A program made the translations under genes and the position numbers. From Yuukianura sp. NJ FZ-2021 (Eukaryota), in the NCBI GenBank assembly GCA_046563655.1, contig CM102284.1:8308001-8372000 (forward strand): a stretch of DNA of 64,000 nucleotides, read 5' to 3'. A model generated the notes under the pieces. It saw only the letters and a list, made by a program, of their open reading frames with translations, made no database searches and was not told the DNA's origin. Within the stretch, counting starts at the first letter, position 1. Each line of letters begins with the position of its first letter. This document shows positions 39,521-54,500 of this stretch, in pieces.

Positions 39521-42500
39521 ATGTTAAATTCGGAAGGAAATAGGATTTCTACGGTAAGTTTTGTTCAATGCTGGGCGTGGTTCATAAATTTTGTGTTGTC
39601 AATTTTCTCAAAATACGGTTGTCGAAAAACAAAAATCAAAGTTTTTCAATTTCTCAGGGTTTGGAAAATTACGAAATCCAAAATTTGGCAATTTTGATGC
39701 AAAATGGTTTGTGCAAAGGGTGTTTGGCGATACAGTTTCTGTTTGTGGGTTGAAAAATTGAGCGTCAAATGGCCATGGTTAGTGTCACCTTAAATGGTCT
39801 TCTCATTGCCAAATCCTCCAAATTTCAATTTTTGCAATAAGGATTTTTAGTTCGCAAAATTATGAAATTGGAACGAGTTGACGGTAAAAAGATTAAATTT
39901 AAATCCTGGATTTGAGGATTTTTTTTTATCAAACTTAAACTTTTGATGGAGCAAAAGGAGTGGAAAAATGTGCCGATTTTTTAATGAAGGTCATGTTTTC
40001 ATAAGCAAGTGAAAAAAAAGTGTTGCGAAATTTCGCACACTCTTTTTAGTATTCAAATTCAATGTGAAAAGTTGCAAAAGCATACTCTGCTATGTAAAAA
40101 AGCAGAAGAAAAGTCTATTGTTTACTTGTTTCCTTTTGTGAAGTTACGAAATATAAAACTGTGAATTTGAATTTTATTGAAGTTGATTTTTAAGTTTTTT
40201 GATTGAAGTGATGCAAGATGAAGTGCTAAATAATTTGTTGTGAACACTTTTTGACGGAAATGTTTGGTTACACTTTGATGGTAATTGACAAACAAACGCA
40301 TTTACATTTCCCCTCACTTTTATACCAGTTGACACCAATTCCCAAATTTTTCTTGAATTTTTACAAAAGATAAAAAAGTTAAAATGTTTGAACAATTTTT
40401 TCTAGTTTCAGATAAATTCAAACATGAATTCCGCAAAACCTTCGAATTTTACTAAAAAAAAAACAAAAGGTTCCCACGGTGTGATTTGTGATCCGGAAGT
40501 TAAAAATTACGGAATTTCTCACACATAAAATGCTGTTAATTAATGAAACACCGTTTGTAGGGTCAGAATTAAGAGAATTGCCAAAATTTGAAATTTTTGA
40601 AATCCTTTCTTAAAGTTTATTTTCTTTTCATAAAGTAGTACGATTTTAATTCTATTGGTTCTTACATAAGCCACAAGTTGTGTTCCAGGGAACTGGGGTT
40701 GACATGTTTCTGAAAATATTTTTTTTTACATAAAAGTTACTGGATGGGAAGCTATTTCTGATAATTTATCGTACTAATTTATAATTTATCGACGTTGCAA
40801 ATATGAATTTGGCGTTTAGTTAAACACTAATCGGTTGGTTTTACATAAAAACTTAATTATTTTATTAATTTTTTTGATAGGTGGGACTAGTTGCCCGGAG
40901 TCCAGAGGGTCATGCAGCTAAGGGAATGCAGATCAAGGGGAATGAAGATGTTTGGCGTGAGATCCAGGCACATACTTTCCGAAACTGGGTCAACGAGCAC
41001 TTGCGTCCTCTTGGTCTCCAAGTGAATGACCTCTCCACTGACCTCTGCGATGGCACCAAACTGGTGGCTCTGGTGGAGGCACTCCAGAAAAGAACACTTC
41101 GCAAGCATCACTCCCCCACCAACCAGCATCAAATGCTAGAAAATGTAACGAGAGCTCTGGAGGCAGTCTCGGCCGATGGGGTCAAATTAGTCAACATAGG
41201 CAAGTAACTTTTAAAACTCAAAGGTTAACTTAAGTTTAAGAACAGTTATGCTAAAAAGTGGAGGGTGTTTCTGAAGTTACGAACCGTTTAGGCATTTGAA
41301 TATGTGGGTGCAGTTGAATTTGAAAGTTGTGAAGATGGTTGGTATGTTACATGGTGTCACTTTGTAGGAATTAAATTGCACTTTGCAAGAGTTAAGTCCA
41401 AGATGAGAGTTGCCCTGCCCACATTCTGGGGGTTTCAAGGTCAGGCGGTCCTTGTTGCCACTCCATTGTTGTCATCGTCACTTTGTACAGAAGTGACAGG
41501 GGAAAATGGCATGTTGGCAGTTTCTTCCATGACTAGGATACAATTTTAACAATGGGAAGATCAACAACTAATTACTAATTGACATTCGAATGAGTGTCTC
41601 TGCTTAAATTCAACTTTCAAAAACATGGAGCAAGGTCATTTTGTTCTAAGTTTCCGTGACCAATTTCAGAATTTCTTGCAAAATTATTCCGAAAGACACC
41701 AAAAGTTGGAAAAACGAAAAGCAATTTAGAAAGTTGAGTCACTGAAAGATGAGTCTTGTCTTCCGTTTTTTCCAGAACTGTGTCTGAATCATGCAATCGT
41801 AAAAATTCGCACCTTCATGACCGAAAACACTTGAAATTTTGAAAAAAAAATACAAGAAAACGAAAACAGAGATAATTTATAATTTGTGCCAATTTTTGAA
41901 ATTTTTTGACGTAATATTTTTGGACTGTGGGTGCCAGTGGGTCAGTGGCTGTTTTTTGGTCAAATTGGTCGTAAATGGCGTTGCGTGGGAAGGTTGAAAT
42001 TGAAAGTGTTTTGGAATTGCGTATTCCGTGTTACTCACTCTCCGTCATGCATAATGTTTTAGTGTCTGAGGGGGGATGTGAATTAGGAGGTGAGATGTGG
42101 GGGCGGGGTAAAACAATTGAATGCCGAAAGTATTTAGCAGAGGGGTGGGGAGACACAGGAAAGGAATTTCGCCTTCGTCATGTCCATTTTGGGATTTTAC
42201 AACCAACGCTTCTTTTCAAAAGTTAAAAAAGTGTTTATTTCGGCACACACTCAAAATTCATTATCACACGACAACTTTTTAAATGGAAGGCAAATAAGGT
42301 GGGTCAACAGTGGGTTCCTGGGTGGGGCCGGAATTGAGTAACTCAACGCAGTCCCACCTTGTTAGGCGCTCAACACAAACAAATATTTACGGAATCAAAA
42401 TGAAATTGCCAGGATTTAAAAAAAATAGCTTCAAGGAAAGGATGTAGAAGTAGCTAAAACTCAAAAATCCGAAATTACAAAAGTAGCGAAATTACAAAAT

Positions 42501-45500
42501 TGCCGAAATAGAAACTGCCAGGATTTAGAAAAAAAATGAGCTTCAAAAAGAGGTACAAAACTAGCGAAACTATGAAATTGCGAAATTACAATAGTACCTA
42601 AAACGCAAAACTGGGAAATAACAAAAGTAGCTAAACGCAAACTGGGAAATAACAAAATTAGGAAAAACGCAAACTGGGAAATTACAAAAGTAGCTAAATT
42701 ACAAAATCTACGAAAAATAAAATATCGACAACTACTACACTATGATTTTTTTAAATAATTTTTTCTTCTTTTTTTTTTTGAAATTTCAGGAAACGTGGAC
42801 ATTGTAAACGGGAATCTGAAGTTAATTTTAGGCTTAATCTGGTCACTAATCGTTCGCTACCAAATTGGTCGTAGTAAATTCCCACCGAAGAAGTTGATGT
42901 TGGCGTGGCTCCAGGCAGTTCTTCCAGACACTGACATCTCCAACTTCACGAGTGACTGGAACAGCGGTGTGAATCTGTCTGCGTTAGTTGACTACTGTCG
43001 TCCAGGGCTCCTGCCCGAGTGGAGGTCCCTTGACAGGAGCCAAGGGGTCCAGAATTGTCGAAGGGCCATGACGATAGCCAAGACTGAACTCGGAGTGCCT
43101 GTTGTCCTTGACCCAGAGTACCTCTCTTCCCCGCATTTAGACGAACTGTCTGGAATGACCTACATTTCTTACTTTATGAGAGAAAATGGACCAGGCTACA
43201 AAGCCACCATGAACTGGATCAGAAACCAACTTCCGGACAGACACATCTCCAATTTCACGGTACTTTTTAGTGTTTTTGGTTCAAATTCAAATAAAACTAA
43301 TTTTTTTTTTGAAATTTTACTAAAAACAAAAGGAAAAGAAAGCGAAGGAAATTGTAAATTTTGCAATTGTCAAAACTGTAAAACTACAAAGCCGCCCGCA
43401 ACAACGTTTTGCACCACAAAAACTGTGTGTTGTATTTCAGTTTATATAATTTTTCGTGTTATTTGTTAGACGGATTGGAACAATGGTCAACTTTTGTGTG
43501 AATTGGTTCGGAGTTTCGGTGGTCCAGTGCCTGGAGTGGACAACATGTCAACAGATCCTGAGCACTGGGAAAACAATTTGGCAATTGGTAAAATTCAAAA
43601 TTTTGAAACTTTTTTTTTCCAAAATCTGAATCTAAAATGAAATTTCGAAATTTCAGGAATGCGTGGGGGTGAGAAGCTCGGTATCAGTTCGATTCTGCGT
43701 CCCAAGGACATGGCTGACCCCAACGTGGACCATCTAGGAGTAATGGCTTACACTTCCGCTTTTCAGTGGCTCCCCAAACGCCCCCCACCGGGGGAACGAC
43801 TGCGTGTTTCCTGGGAAAACGACAAATACAGAAAAGGAGTACCGGTATGTCAAAATGTCGAAACTAAAAAGTCGAATTTCGAAAAATTGAATTTCAATTT
43901 GGATTCCTAACAATTTGAATTTGTTTTTTTTTAGATTACGTTTCATGTAGATTTTATCGAAGACGGAGTAGAGCAGTCTGAAATCACAGTAGAGGTCAAA
44001 GGGCCCTCAGAACGCGTAGACTGTCGTTTAAATTTCAACAGTAAAGGGGGCAAGGGTACTTTTACTGCCACTGAAATCGGGATCCATGAAGTAGTGATCA
44101 AGTACCAGGGAGAACCAATCAAAAACAGTCCCTTGAAGTGCCGCATTTTGCCCCCTCTTTCGACAATAGTGTATGATAAGGGGTTGGAGCCCTGTGCAGT
44201 TGGAAGTGTGGTGGAAGTGTCCGTGAACCCTCAGGACTCGAGCCCTTCAGGGGCGAAGTTGGAGTTGATGGAGGTCATTGCCCTGTCCCCTTCAGGGGTC
44301 AAGAAAGACTGTCCAGTCAATGCTGTCATTGGTGGATTTGCTGCTACTTTCAAACCGGATGAGCCAGGAGAGTGGAAAATCACGGTACTCTACAAAAACA
44401 AGGAGATTCAAGGGTCCCCCTTTCCCTGTTTCGTCTTTGACCCGAATGGGGTCAAGGTAAGCTCAAATTTTCAAAAATTTCAAAACTCAAAATTCTAAAA
44501 TTTATGAATTTGTTTTGTTTTTGCAGTTGGATACCCTTGAGGGAGCCCTTCCAGGACTTCCATTTGCTTTTATATGTGATTCACGTGGGACTGGAGGTCT
44601 TGGAGAAGTGGATATTGACATTACACATGAAGGGAGGTAATTCAATTAGTTGTATCAACCAAAAGTAATTCAATTACTTGTAATTACCGAAAGTATTTGA
44701 ATTAGTTGTAATTGCCAAAAGTAGTTATGCAATTACTTGAACTTCATTTTAGATCCATTCCATACAATGAAGAGTACATAGCCGACGGAGTGACGCGGAT
44801 TTTGCTTCCGGTGCTGCGTGGTGGGAAGCATCGCGTCCATGTTTACTTCAACGGATCAGAGATACGGGGTAAAACAATTTTGAAATTTTGGTTTTAAAAT
44901 TTCTTCAATATGTTGATTCAAAATTTTGAAAAAATTTTGAATTTTGCAGGATCTCCGTTCAGCCTTCGAGTGGGCACAAGCCGTTCCTCAAGACGGCATC
45001 AGCAGGAACTAAATACCGGGAAAACCCGAAGTTTTGACCGCGATGACCACGGTTTCACAGGAATTCGGACACGCGAAACAAGTTCTATGCTCAAATCATC
45101 ATCTTTGGCAGAGGAATTGAAAAAATCTAGTTTGTCTTCAACTTCTCGACTGGACAGGTCATCTCCCATGACCTTGGAAGATTCTGTGGATGCTGTTCAT
45201 CCTCGAATCAACTACTCTATCCACAAATCTACCTCTCCAGTTGACTTGGAGCGAAACTCTTCATCCTTCAAAAAATCACACGAAATTGACCATTCTTCAA
45301 CCTCCTTTAGAAAGTCACACGAAGATCACTCTTCTACTTCTTTCAAGAAATCACATGACCTTGACCACTCTTCCTCATCTTTCAAGAAATCACATGACCT
45401 TGACCTCTCTTCTGCCTCTGCTCTTAAGAAGTCACATGAATCCTTCACCTCAAGTGCCAAATTCCAGAGCAGTTCTGTTTTGAGCAACAAAACTTCTTCT

Positions 45501-48500
45501 AAATCGACCACCAACAGTTTAGAAAAGAGACAAACCAACGGCTCAAGTGGACTTTTCGTGGAAGAAAAGAGGGGGAAAGGGGTCAACGGTCATCGCAGTG
45601 CAGAATTTGGTAAGATTCATAGATTTATATAAATTAATACATAATCATATACTAATTAATAGAATATTAATTGATTTTTGTAGGTAGGAAGTCCGTGTCT
45701 CCGTTCCAGGGTGACTTGGTAGTGGATGGTGAAGGGCTGGGTACCCTTCCGATTCAAACTCAAGGCACAATTACAATCACTTCTGAATATGGAGAAACTC
45801 CACTCCAAAAAGTTAACGTCCAAGTCACTGGTGAGATCATTAGTTAAAATCTAGTTACATCTTCCTTCAACAACTTGAAAGTTGACCTCTGACCTTGACA
45901 TTTTTGAGGTTGTAGGTCCGAGTGGTCCAGTGGGAGTTCGTATAAGTGACAATGGATCTTCCATAAGTGCCAAGTACATTCCGACGGAGACTGGAGATCA
46001 CTTGATTGATGTCACAATTGGAGGAAGACCAATTAGTGGATCTCCGTTCAGAGCAGCAGTGTTCAATGCAGCAGCCATCAAAGTGGGCAGAGTTCCCCAA
46101 GGGGTCGTAGGGCGCCCAGTAGAAATAGAAAGTAAGTCAAACATCAAAACTTTAAAAAAAAACTAATACAGTTGACATTTGAATAAATTCTTACTTAAAA
46201 ATCCTCTTTTGTGTGGTTTTTCAGTTGATGGACGTGGGGCTGGTCCAGGGCATTTGGCAATTTTGGTCGATGGAGGTACGGGTCATAATTTTCCAGTGTT
46301 TTTTCATTTTTATATATACCAAAAAATTTTAAAATGTCAAACTTTAAAAAAAATGTTTTTTGTTTTTGGTTTCAGGGCGTGTGACAAGTCAAGTGAAGGC
46401 GCTGGGTGACCACCGTTTCCGTGCCGTTTTTCTGCCGCATGACCCCGGTCTCCACTCCGTCGACATGACCTTCAACGGACTCCCAGTTCCAGGTAAGCAT
46501 CTTTAATTTTCAAATTCAATTAGTAAAATGCGATCAGTTCTCCAATGTTTTCATGATTAAGTTATCAAAAATGGGTGATTGCAGAAAATCCAAACTTTGG
46601 GAATATTGAATTAGTTATATAAAATTTTGGGTTTAAAGTTGTGTGGTTTTGATTTCCTGTTTTGAAGGGATGAGGAGAGTAGGGGGAGAGGGTAGTTTGT
46701 GGGGTAATTTGAGGGGGTAGTTTGTGAATTTGTGCAGAAGTGAACCTGAAGGAGGAATTGTGAAGATGTGCTTAGGATTTTAGTTTCTAATGTCTTATGG
46801 AGTAGTGTTGGTGCCAAGACTAAAGTGGTTTGAAGTGCCGCTGGCTATTCGGCCCACATCCAACCTCCCTGCAGAGTCCAAGGAGCGGCCAAATACCTAA
46901 CTTCGAAGTAGAAATATTCCAAGGAGTTGCTTTTCCATTAATTGGCATTCACTAATCAATCGATTGTTAAACCTTCATTAACTCCCTTTGTTTTAACTTC
47001 AATTAGTTCTTGGTGAAAGTTTAACAGAAAGAGTCAATTCAAAGGCAGTTTCAGTATTTGAGGTCACACCCACACGTCATACCACAACAGGATTTCAGTT
47101 CAAGTGAACTTCGTCCGCTTTTTAAAGTTTTCGAATTCCACACAGAAACCTTTTACTCAACTGGAGTTGAAAATTAAATTTTCTTTCCGAGATTTTGGAG
47201 AAAATATTGCACGGTGTGAATTCCTGACAGTGAAAATGTGTGAGTGAAAACGGAAGTAGAGTTACAGTGAAAAGTTAAAAATTGAACTTGAATTTTCGGA
47301 ACTTAGGACGGTAATTAAAACTTGCTTTTAAAATTTGATAATTTAAGTGTTTATGATTTTTAAACAAAAGTTTTCTGTTGAAAGTGACAGCTTAGATTTA
47401 TTTATTTTTCGAAATCCGCCATTGTATGTCCATTTTAGTGGATTTTTCCATTTTTGGAAATCCCGAATTCAAACAGGATTTTATGAAGAACGATGTGAAT
47501 GATTGAGGTCAGGGGTTATCGACAGGCGGAATCTTCAAAATGATAGGCTTTTGACCTATAAATTTATAGACTTTTGAAAAGTCTATAAAAGCAAGTACCT
47601 ACTATGATTTCTCTAGGTGGTTAGTGTGAGTTAATTATCGAGACGGAAAATGGGGGCAGTGTGTAATGTCAATTGCTACTTTGATGCAACTCAACCGTGG
47701 CTTTTAAGAGTCTTTAAGACCTCATAGTCCCTCAACCAAAAATGTCAAATTACATTCCTATTCTCTCTTTTGGCAATCATAAAACTTACAATTTTTCAAT
47801 CTTTAAAAAAAAAAACAGAAAGATTAAACTAAAATTTAAGTCATAGGTTTTAGCATTTACACTTAGGCCAAATTCAACTGAAAATCAAAAAGAATTGAAT
47901 TGTTTTAAAACGTAATTTTGGCAAAGAAGAGAAAGTTCGCTTAATTTCTTGTTCCCCGAGGTTAATTTATGCACCAAAATTACCAAGTTCAACCTCAATT
48001 CAAACACGCAAAAAAACTAAAAACTAACCTCAAAGCAATTCAACTCTTGTTTCATTTTTCAAAACTTTTTAAAAAGTCAGTTTTGAAAGCATTTCTTAGA
48101 AAAATGAAAGACTTTGTTGACTTTGATACGAAAATGGCTCTTTTGATCTTCTGGAGAAAGTAGCTTCATAATTTTTATTTTGCGGTGTAAGAAGAATGGT
48201 TGTGTGGCTAGTAATTTTTTTGTTGTTGAATTTTTGAGATTGAAGATTGAATTGTGCTTTTGGGTGTGGGAAGATGCGGTTGAATTGTGAATGGATTTTT
48301 GTGAGATGACGGAGAGTTCCGTTAGGAGTTGATGTTGAATCCCACTTTCTGTCATTTGCATTCCAAACAGCCTCTCTCTTCTTTCAACAACGGGTCAAGC
48401 ACTTCCAAATTTACTAATTTACAAGAATTTGTAAGCACAAGAAAGAGTGGGACTTAACCAAACTTAGTTTCTGTTAAATGTTTCTTATTTTATTTTTTGC

Positions 48501-51500
48501 AAACTCACGAGTGAAAGTGGCGTTTAAGTTGAGCAGAATGAATTGAGAAAAGGAGAAAGTTTCGTGCCCTTCAATATCAATTCCTCAAACTTTGTGAGTG
48601 TTCTGTTTTGTTTTCATCAAAATTTCGACAAACAGTTGAAAGTGATTTTTGGATTTTAGAAATTTTGAAATCAGTTGAACGTGATGTTTGGATTTAGGGA
48701 ATTTATCAAGGTTGAAATAATTTTTGAAAAGATTGCTTGTGACAGAACTTTCTCCTAATTTAGGGGGAAATGCGTGTCTAAGTGTGTCAGACCCTTAAGG
48801 GCCCTCTTTTTGTTTTGTTTCAGGGAGCCCTTGGCGAGTGAACGTGATGGCCCCGAGTGACATGGCCCTTGACCCCAATGACCCCTCTTCAGAGTACATC
48901 CTCATCAGGGGGGACCCTGTAAGGCACATTCGATGCGGAAAAATAGCTCGGTTGGATATTTCTGCTCCCGGATTTAGTCGGGATGCAATTGATGTCACTG
49001 TGCTAGGCAAGAGATCAACTTTTCAAAATTTAAAAAGTTAGTTTTTATATTTTAATTTGACCTCGTTTGACCTTTAGGTCCCTCCAGAAAGTCCCTCTCT
49101 TATAGACTGCTGGAAGAGGGAAATGGGAACTTCGTTTTGGAGTTTACTCCGGGAGATGTTGGAACACACATTGTAGAAGTTTTAGTGGGGGGACGGCGAC
49201 TGTCGGTGGTCGCCAAAGTCTATAATTCGTCGCTCATCAGAGTTCACGACGTGTCACCAGGAATCATCGGACAAACTACACAGTTCAAAGGTCACGATCA
49301 AAACTAAAACTAAACATTTCACTTCTAAAGCCAACTAAAATTCTTTGCTGTAATTTGTTTTCAATAATTTGCTGTAATTCCGATCTAAAATGCAACTTAA
49401 TTCTTTGCTGTTTTTTCAAAATCTTGAGTTTTTCTTTTCAAAATTTTGAATTTTGTTTTAATTTCAGTGGATGCATCGCAGGCAGGGGAAGGTCAGCTAG
49501 AAATTTCAATCAACGATGGAGAGTTGCCAAATCAAGTTCGCGTCCTGGGCGGAGGGTGTTGTCTCGTCTCCTTCACTCCAGAACAGCCCAAACCACACAT
49601 CATTGACATCAAAGTAATTACATAAAATAATTTATGTATTGAAATAAATTAATTTGTATTATATTAATTACAGTTCAATGGAGAGACGATCCAGGAGTGT
49701 CCAATAGTAGTTCAAGTGGCAGACACGAGACAAGTTGCAGTTTCTCTGCAGGGACTTGAGCTAATTCCTGTCCATCAAGTGTCGCGGTTTCACATTGCCG
49801 TTGACGGTTCAAGTTCAGCAGAGTTGGCAGTTTCTGTCAAGGGCCCCAGTGGGGACTTGCCAGTCAAAGTCTCAGGTACAATTTCACAATTCAAAAAAAA
49901 ATGTTGAAGTTTTTGAAATTGAGAAAATGTGAATTTTGAAAATGTTTTGCAGGTTCCGTGCGATCAGGATTCACAGCTGAATTCACTCCGCGTGAAGTGG
50001 GTCCGCACTCGATTACTGTTCATCACAACGGAATTCCTGCGAGTGGAACTCCATTTACAGCCAAATCGTACGATGCAAAACGCGTCTACGTGTCGCCAGT
50101 GCCACGCGGAGCTCTGGGACGCTCCATTCACTTTACAGTTGATGCGTCTTCAGCAGGCGAGGGAAATCTGTAGGTTTTTCAAAAAAAAAAAGTTAAAAAA
50201 AAGTTTTTGAAGAGAAAGTAATTTTGGTTTTTGTTTTTAGTGAAATCACGATAGGAGCCAAGGGAAGAAACGTTCCGACGCAGGTTCATCCGCAAGGGGG
50301 AGCTCGATTTGCAGGTTATTATTAATTATTATATATTATAATATAGAATACATATGTTTTATTATATTTATTTATATACTATTGTATTGCAGTTAGTTTT
50401 GTTCCGCTGGAACCAACGGATCACACAGTCGTCGTCACTTTTAATAAGCATGATGTTCCGGGGTCACCGTTTGTAGCGAGTGTGAGTGCCGATCCGGGTC
50501 AAATTGTGGTCACGGGACCAAGTTTAGCAGCAGCTCCAGTGGGCAAACCAGCATCTTTTTCGCTAAACAACGTACATGGGTCATTGGACGATGTAGAAGT
50601 AACTGTCGAAGGTAAGCAGTCTCATATTACCCCATGTTTTCCCGTAGTTTCTTCAAAATTTTGAAAAGTTTCCAAAAATTTCCAAGAATTTTGGAAATTA
50701 TTTGCAAATTGGGCAGTGCTGAACGATTGAATGAATTTTTCTGTTTTTGTGTCTTTCTGATTCCTCACAGGACGCCAAACTTCTTCTTCTTCTGCCTATC
50801 ACTACCGAGATAGACGATACTAAATTCTAAAGCAATTTTTACTGTTTTTAGAACAAGTTTTTTTAAATTACACTTTTTTAAAAACAAGTTTCTAACTTGA
50901 CTGGTCTTTGACTTTGTAATAACCTCGTGGCATAACTTTAACTTTAGCTTTTGAGTAGAGAAATTTGAACAGTGATTTTTGCTTGGCTGATTCTTTTGTT
51001 TTTCTTTAATCGAGTGCAAAATTTTAAGTTGTCACTGCTTTCCTTCCTTTTGCCAAATTGGGCGTGAAGTGTGCAAATTTTCCTTCTTACGCAAAATCAG
51101 CACGTTTGTTTTTACTTTTTCTACCTCACTACAACTAAAAATTTTTTTTGCAGCTTTAACTGTTGGTGCTTGAAATTTTTTGCTTTAAAAGTGAAGTCAG
51201 AAATAACGCTTGTGTTTTGTTAATTTGTTAAAAATTGACTTTTTTAAGCTTCATTTTTTAATTCACTCTTCTGTTAAATGTGCCGCTTTGTTGCTCTTCC
51301 GCAAACAAATTTTAGGACCCATTAGCCTCTTCATAAACTAAAGTTTTTCTATTACATTTAAATAATAAATTATTTATAATTTATATAATTCCAAAATGAA
51401 AAAATAAACATTTTAACATTCACTTTTCTGAAACTTTCATTCAAACTTTCAAATTGGTTTTGGTTAGATTTTTGGGAGATTTGTAAAATTGAGCCTCTTT

Positions 51501-54500
51501 ACTACTAAAAATTGACTAAATGTTGACATGACTGACCTTTTGCTTTTAACCATTGACTTATTAGGCCCCACTGGACTCCCCATCCCTGCGCAGGTCTCAG
51601 AGAAGAATCCAACGACCTTCGGAGTCGAATTTACCCCGAGGGGACCAGGGGAACACAGAATCTCAGTTTTACTCAAGAAAACACCAGTGCCAGGGTCACC
51701 CTTTGCATGCAAAGTGTATGACCTCAGTGCCATCAAGGTCAAGGACACCACCAGCGGCGTCCTTGGAAAACCCGTCACTTTTCTAGGTGAAAATAACAAA
51801 AAAACTTAACTTTTCCTAAAAAATTTTGGAAAATGTTTGAATTTTGAATTTTGGTTTTCAGTTGAGACAAGCAAAGCTGGGCCAGGAAACTTGGAAGTGA
51901 CAGTGAACGGAGGTCAAGTGCCTACTTCTGCGCAGGCGCAAGGAAGCCACACTTACGCCATTTCCTTTACACCGAAAGAAGTGAAGCCACACTTGATTGA
52001 ACTTCGGTTCAACTCGGAGGATGTTCCAGGCAGTCCGTTTAAATGTGAGGTCATCGATGCTTCCAAAGTGACCTTGACTGGAGACGGCCTTGAAAAAGTC
52101 CCCGTGGGGAAACGGGCAACGTTTCTGATCGAACCGGAGAGTGTGATTGGTCCGCCGGAGGTCAAGATCAGTGGACCCCTCAAGAAGGAAGTGCATTCGA
52201 GCATTCAAATCCCAACGGACAACAAGTTCTTAGTTGAATATGTTCCAGTAGATGTTGGTAAGTTCAGCCTAAAAGAATTAAGATAAATAATTAAAATAAT
52301 TAAAATATTTATATTTATATAATTTTTTATTTATATTAATTGTAGGAGACCACACAGTGGAGGTTTCAGTTGGCGGAGTGCCGGTACCAGGAAGTCCGTT
52401 TCTGGTCAAAGCCTATGACTCCTCAAAGGTCAAAGTGGGTGACCTCACTTCCGGTCTGCGTGGGAAGCCCATCTACTTCTCAAGTAAAAACAATCTTCCA
52501 TTGTTGTTGCAATAACAATGGAAGTGTAATTTCAATTAAATACTTAATTACAATTAATTACAATTGTTAATTAGTTTTTGATTGTTGTAGTCGATGCATC
52601 ACAAGCTGGAGCTGGGAACCTGGAGATCATCGTGTCCGTTGGAGGGAGAAACGTGCCGAACTACGTCCAGGCCGAAGGAAATGCAAAGTTCAGGGTCAAT
52701 TTTCGGCCGCAAGAGGCTGCACCACACACTTTGAGTGTTAGATTCAATGGAGAGGTACGATTTATATAAATTATTTAAATTAAGTTATTATTTATATAAA
52801 ACTAAGTTATTATTTATGAATGAATGAATGAATGAATATTTATTGACATATGGGCACACCCTGATCAACAAGTAGATATTATTATTATTATTATTATTAT
52901 AGTTATTATTTATTATATTTGACCTTTTTCAATTTCAGAACATTCCTGGGTCTCCGTTTGTCTGTAAAGTGATGGACGCGAGTCAAATGCTAGTGACGGG
53001 GGGAGCCCTTAAGTCGGCTTCCGTGAATCAGCTGAGTACTTTAGTCCTTGACCCCCAGGGGGCAGACGTGTCCAGTTGCAATGTCATGGTCCTCAGCCCC
53101 TCAGGCGTCCATTTGCCAATCAACATGAGTGGAACGCTCCCTGACAGAGTTCAAATCGGCTTCACCCCGACAGAAGTCGGTAAGTCAAAATCAAAATTTT
53201 GAAAAAAAAAATACAAAAATTCTGAAAAGTTTTGTGGAAGAAACGTATTTTTAATCAATTTTTTTGTGTTTCATAGGTCCCCATACAATTTCTGTTGCTG
53301 TGGATGGAGAACCAGTTGCCAATAGTCCGTTTAGTTGCAATGTGTACAATGTAGAGAAGGTGAAGATCACTGGACTGGACGAAGGACGCTTAGGCGAACC
53401 CGTGACCTTCACCGTAGATGCTTCACAAGCAGGCGAAGGAACTTTGGAGTTAGTAGTGACCTCTGGAAAACAAAGTCTACGAGCAGAAGTGAGTGCCAGG
53501 AGTAGAGGACTCTATGACGTGACCTTTGTACCGCAAGAGACGACTCTTCACTTTGTCAATGTCAGTTTCAACGATGTGGACATTCCTGGAAGTCCATTTG
53601 AGTGTCACATTGAAGACACTTATGCTGGGTTGACCAATGGACACAATGGACATGCCCATGACCACGAAAATCTTGAAACACTTCCGGGAATCATCACTTC
53701 CGGACTGGATTCCGTAATCGCTGGCTCAACTGCTTTTGTGGATCTGGAAAAGCGGGGAGTAGAGGCACCACAAGTATTTGTAACGGGTAAAATTCGAGAA
53801 AATTTGAACTAAATTGAGAAAAAAAGACTTTTTAAAATGTGTTTTTGAAACTTTCGTTTTTTGAAACAGGTCCAGATAATAGTGAAGTGAGGGTTAGAAC
53901 AAGGACGCTGCCTTCGGGATACATCAGAGCTGAATTCAGTCCAGACCAAATCGGTACTTATGCAATATCGATCAATGAGGGGTCAAAGGCTCTCCTCCTG
54001 CCACACCCCTTAGAGGCTAAAGCCTTTGACCCGCTTTTAGTCCGCCTAAAAGACAAAAGTGAAACTGCTGTGCTCGGATTGGAATACAACTTCAAAGGTA
54101 ATTCGGTGCCAGTTAACTCTCAACAGGAACTTTTTGAAAATATTTTGAACTTATTGAAAAAATTTCGAACTTTTGAAAATAGTAAGTTTTGGTTATGAAT
54201 TTTCAGTTGACCTTTCCCGATCCGGGGTGACGGCAGAAGCAGAGGATGGACTTGTAGTAAAAGCGTTTGCAGGAGCAGAAGCTGTTGACGTGGCAGTGCG
54301 CCCCCTGGGGAGTTCCGTTTATGGCGTGACCTTCAAACCGACTGTTCCTCTTGTCCATCGTGTCCACGTTCTGTGCCATGGTTACAATGTCAAGGGCTGT
54401 CCCTTTGACCTCATCGTCACTGACAACGGAGTCCATGCCAAGGATACTCTCGTCACTGGAGCTGGATTGTACCTGGCTAGATGTGCCAGGTCAGCTGGGT

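Noticed and set aside
47563-47589. Perfect 13-bp inverted repeat TTTATAGACTTTT-G-AAAAGTCTATAAA
   Set aside because: It is short and AT-rich in a genome full of A/T palindromes, with no other supporting feature.
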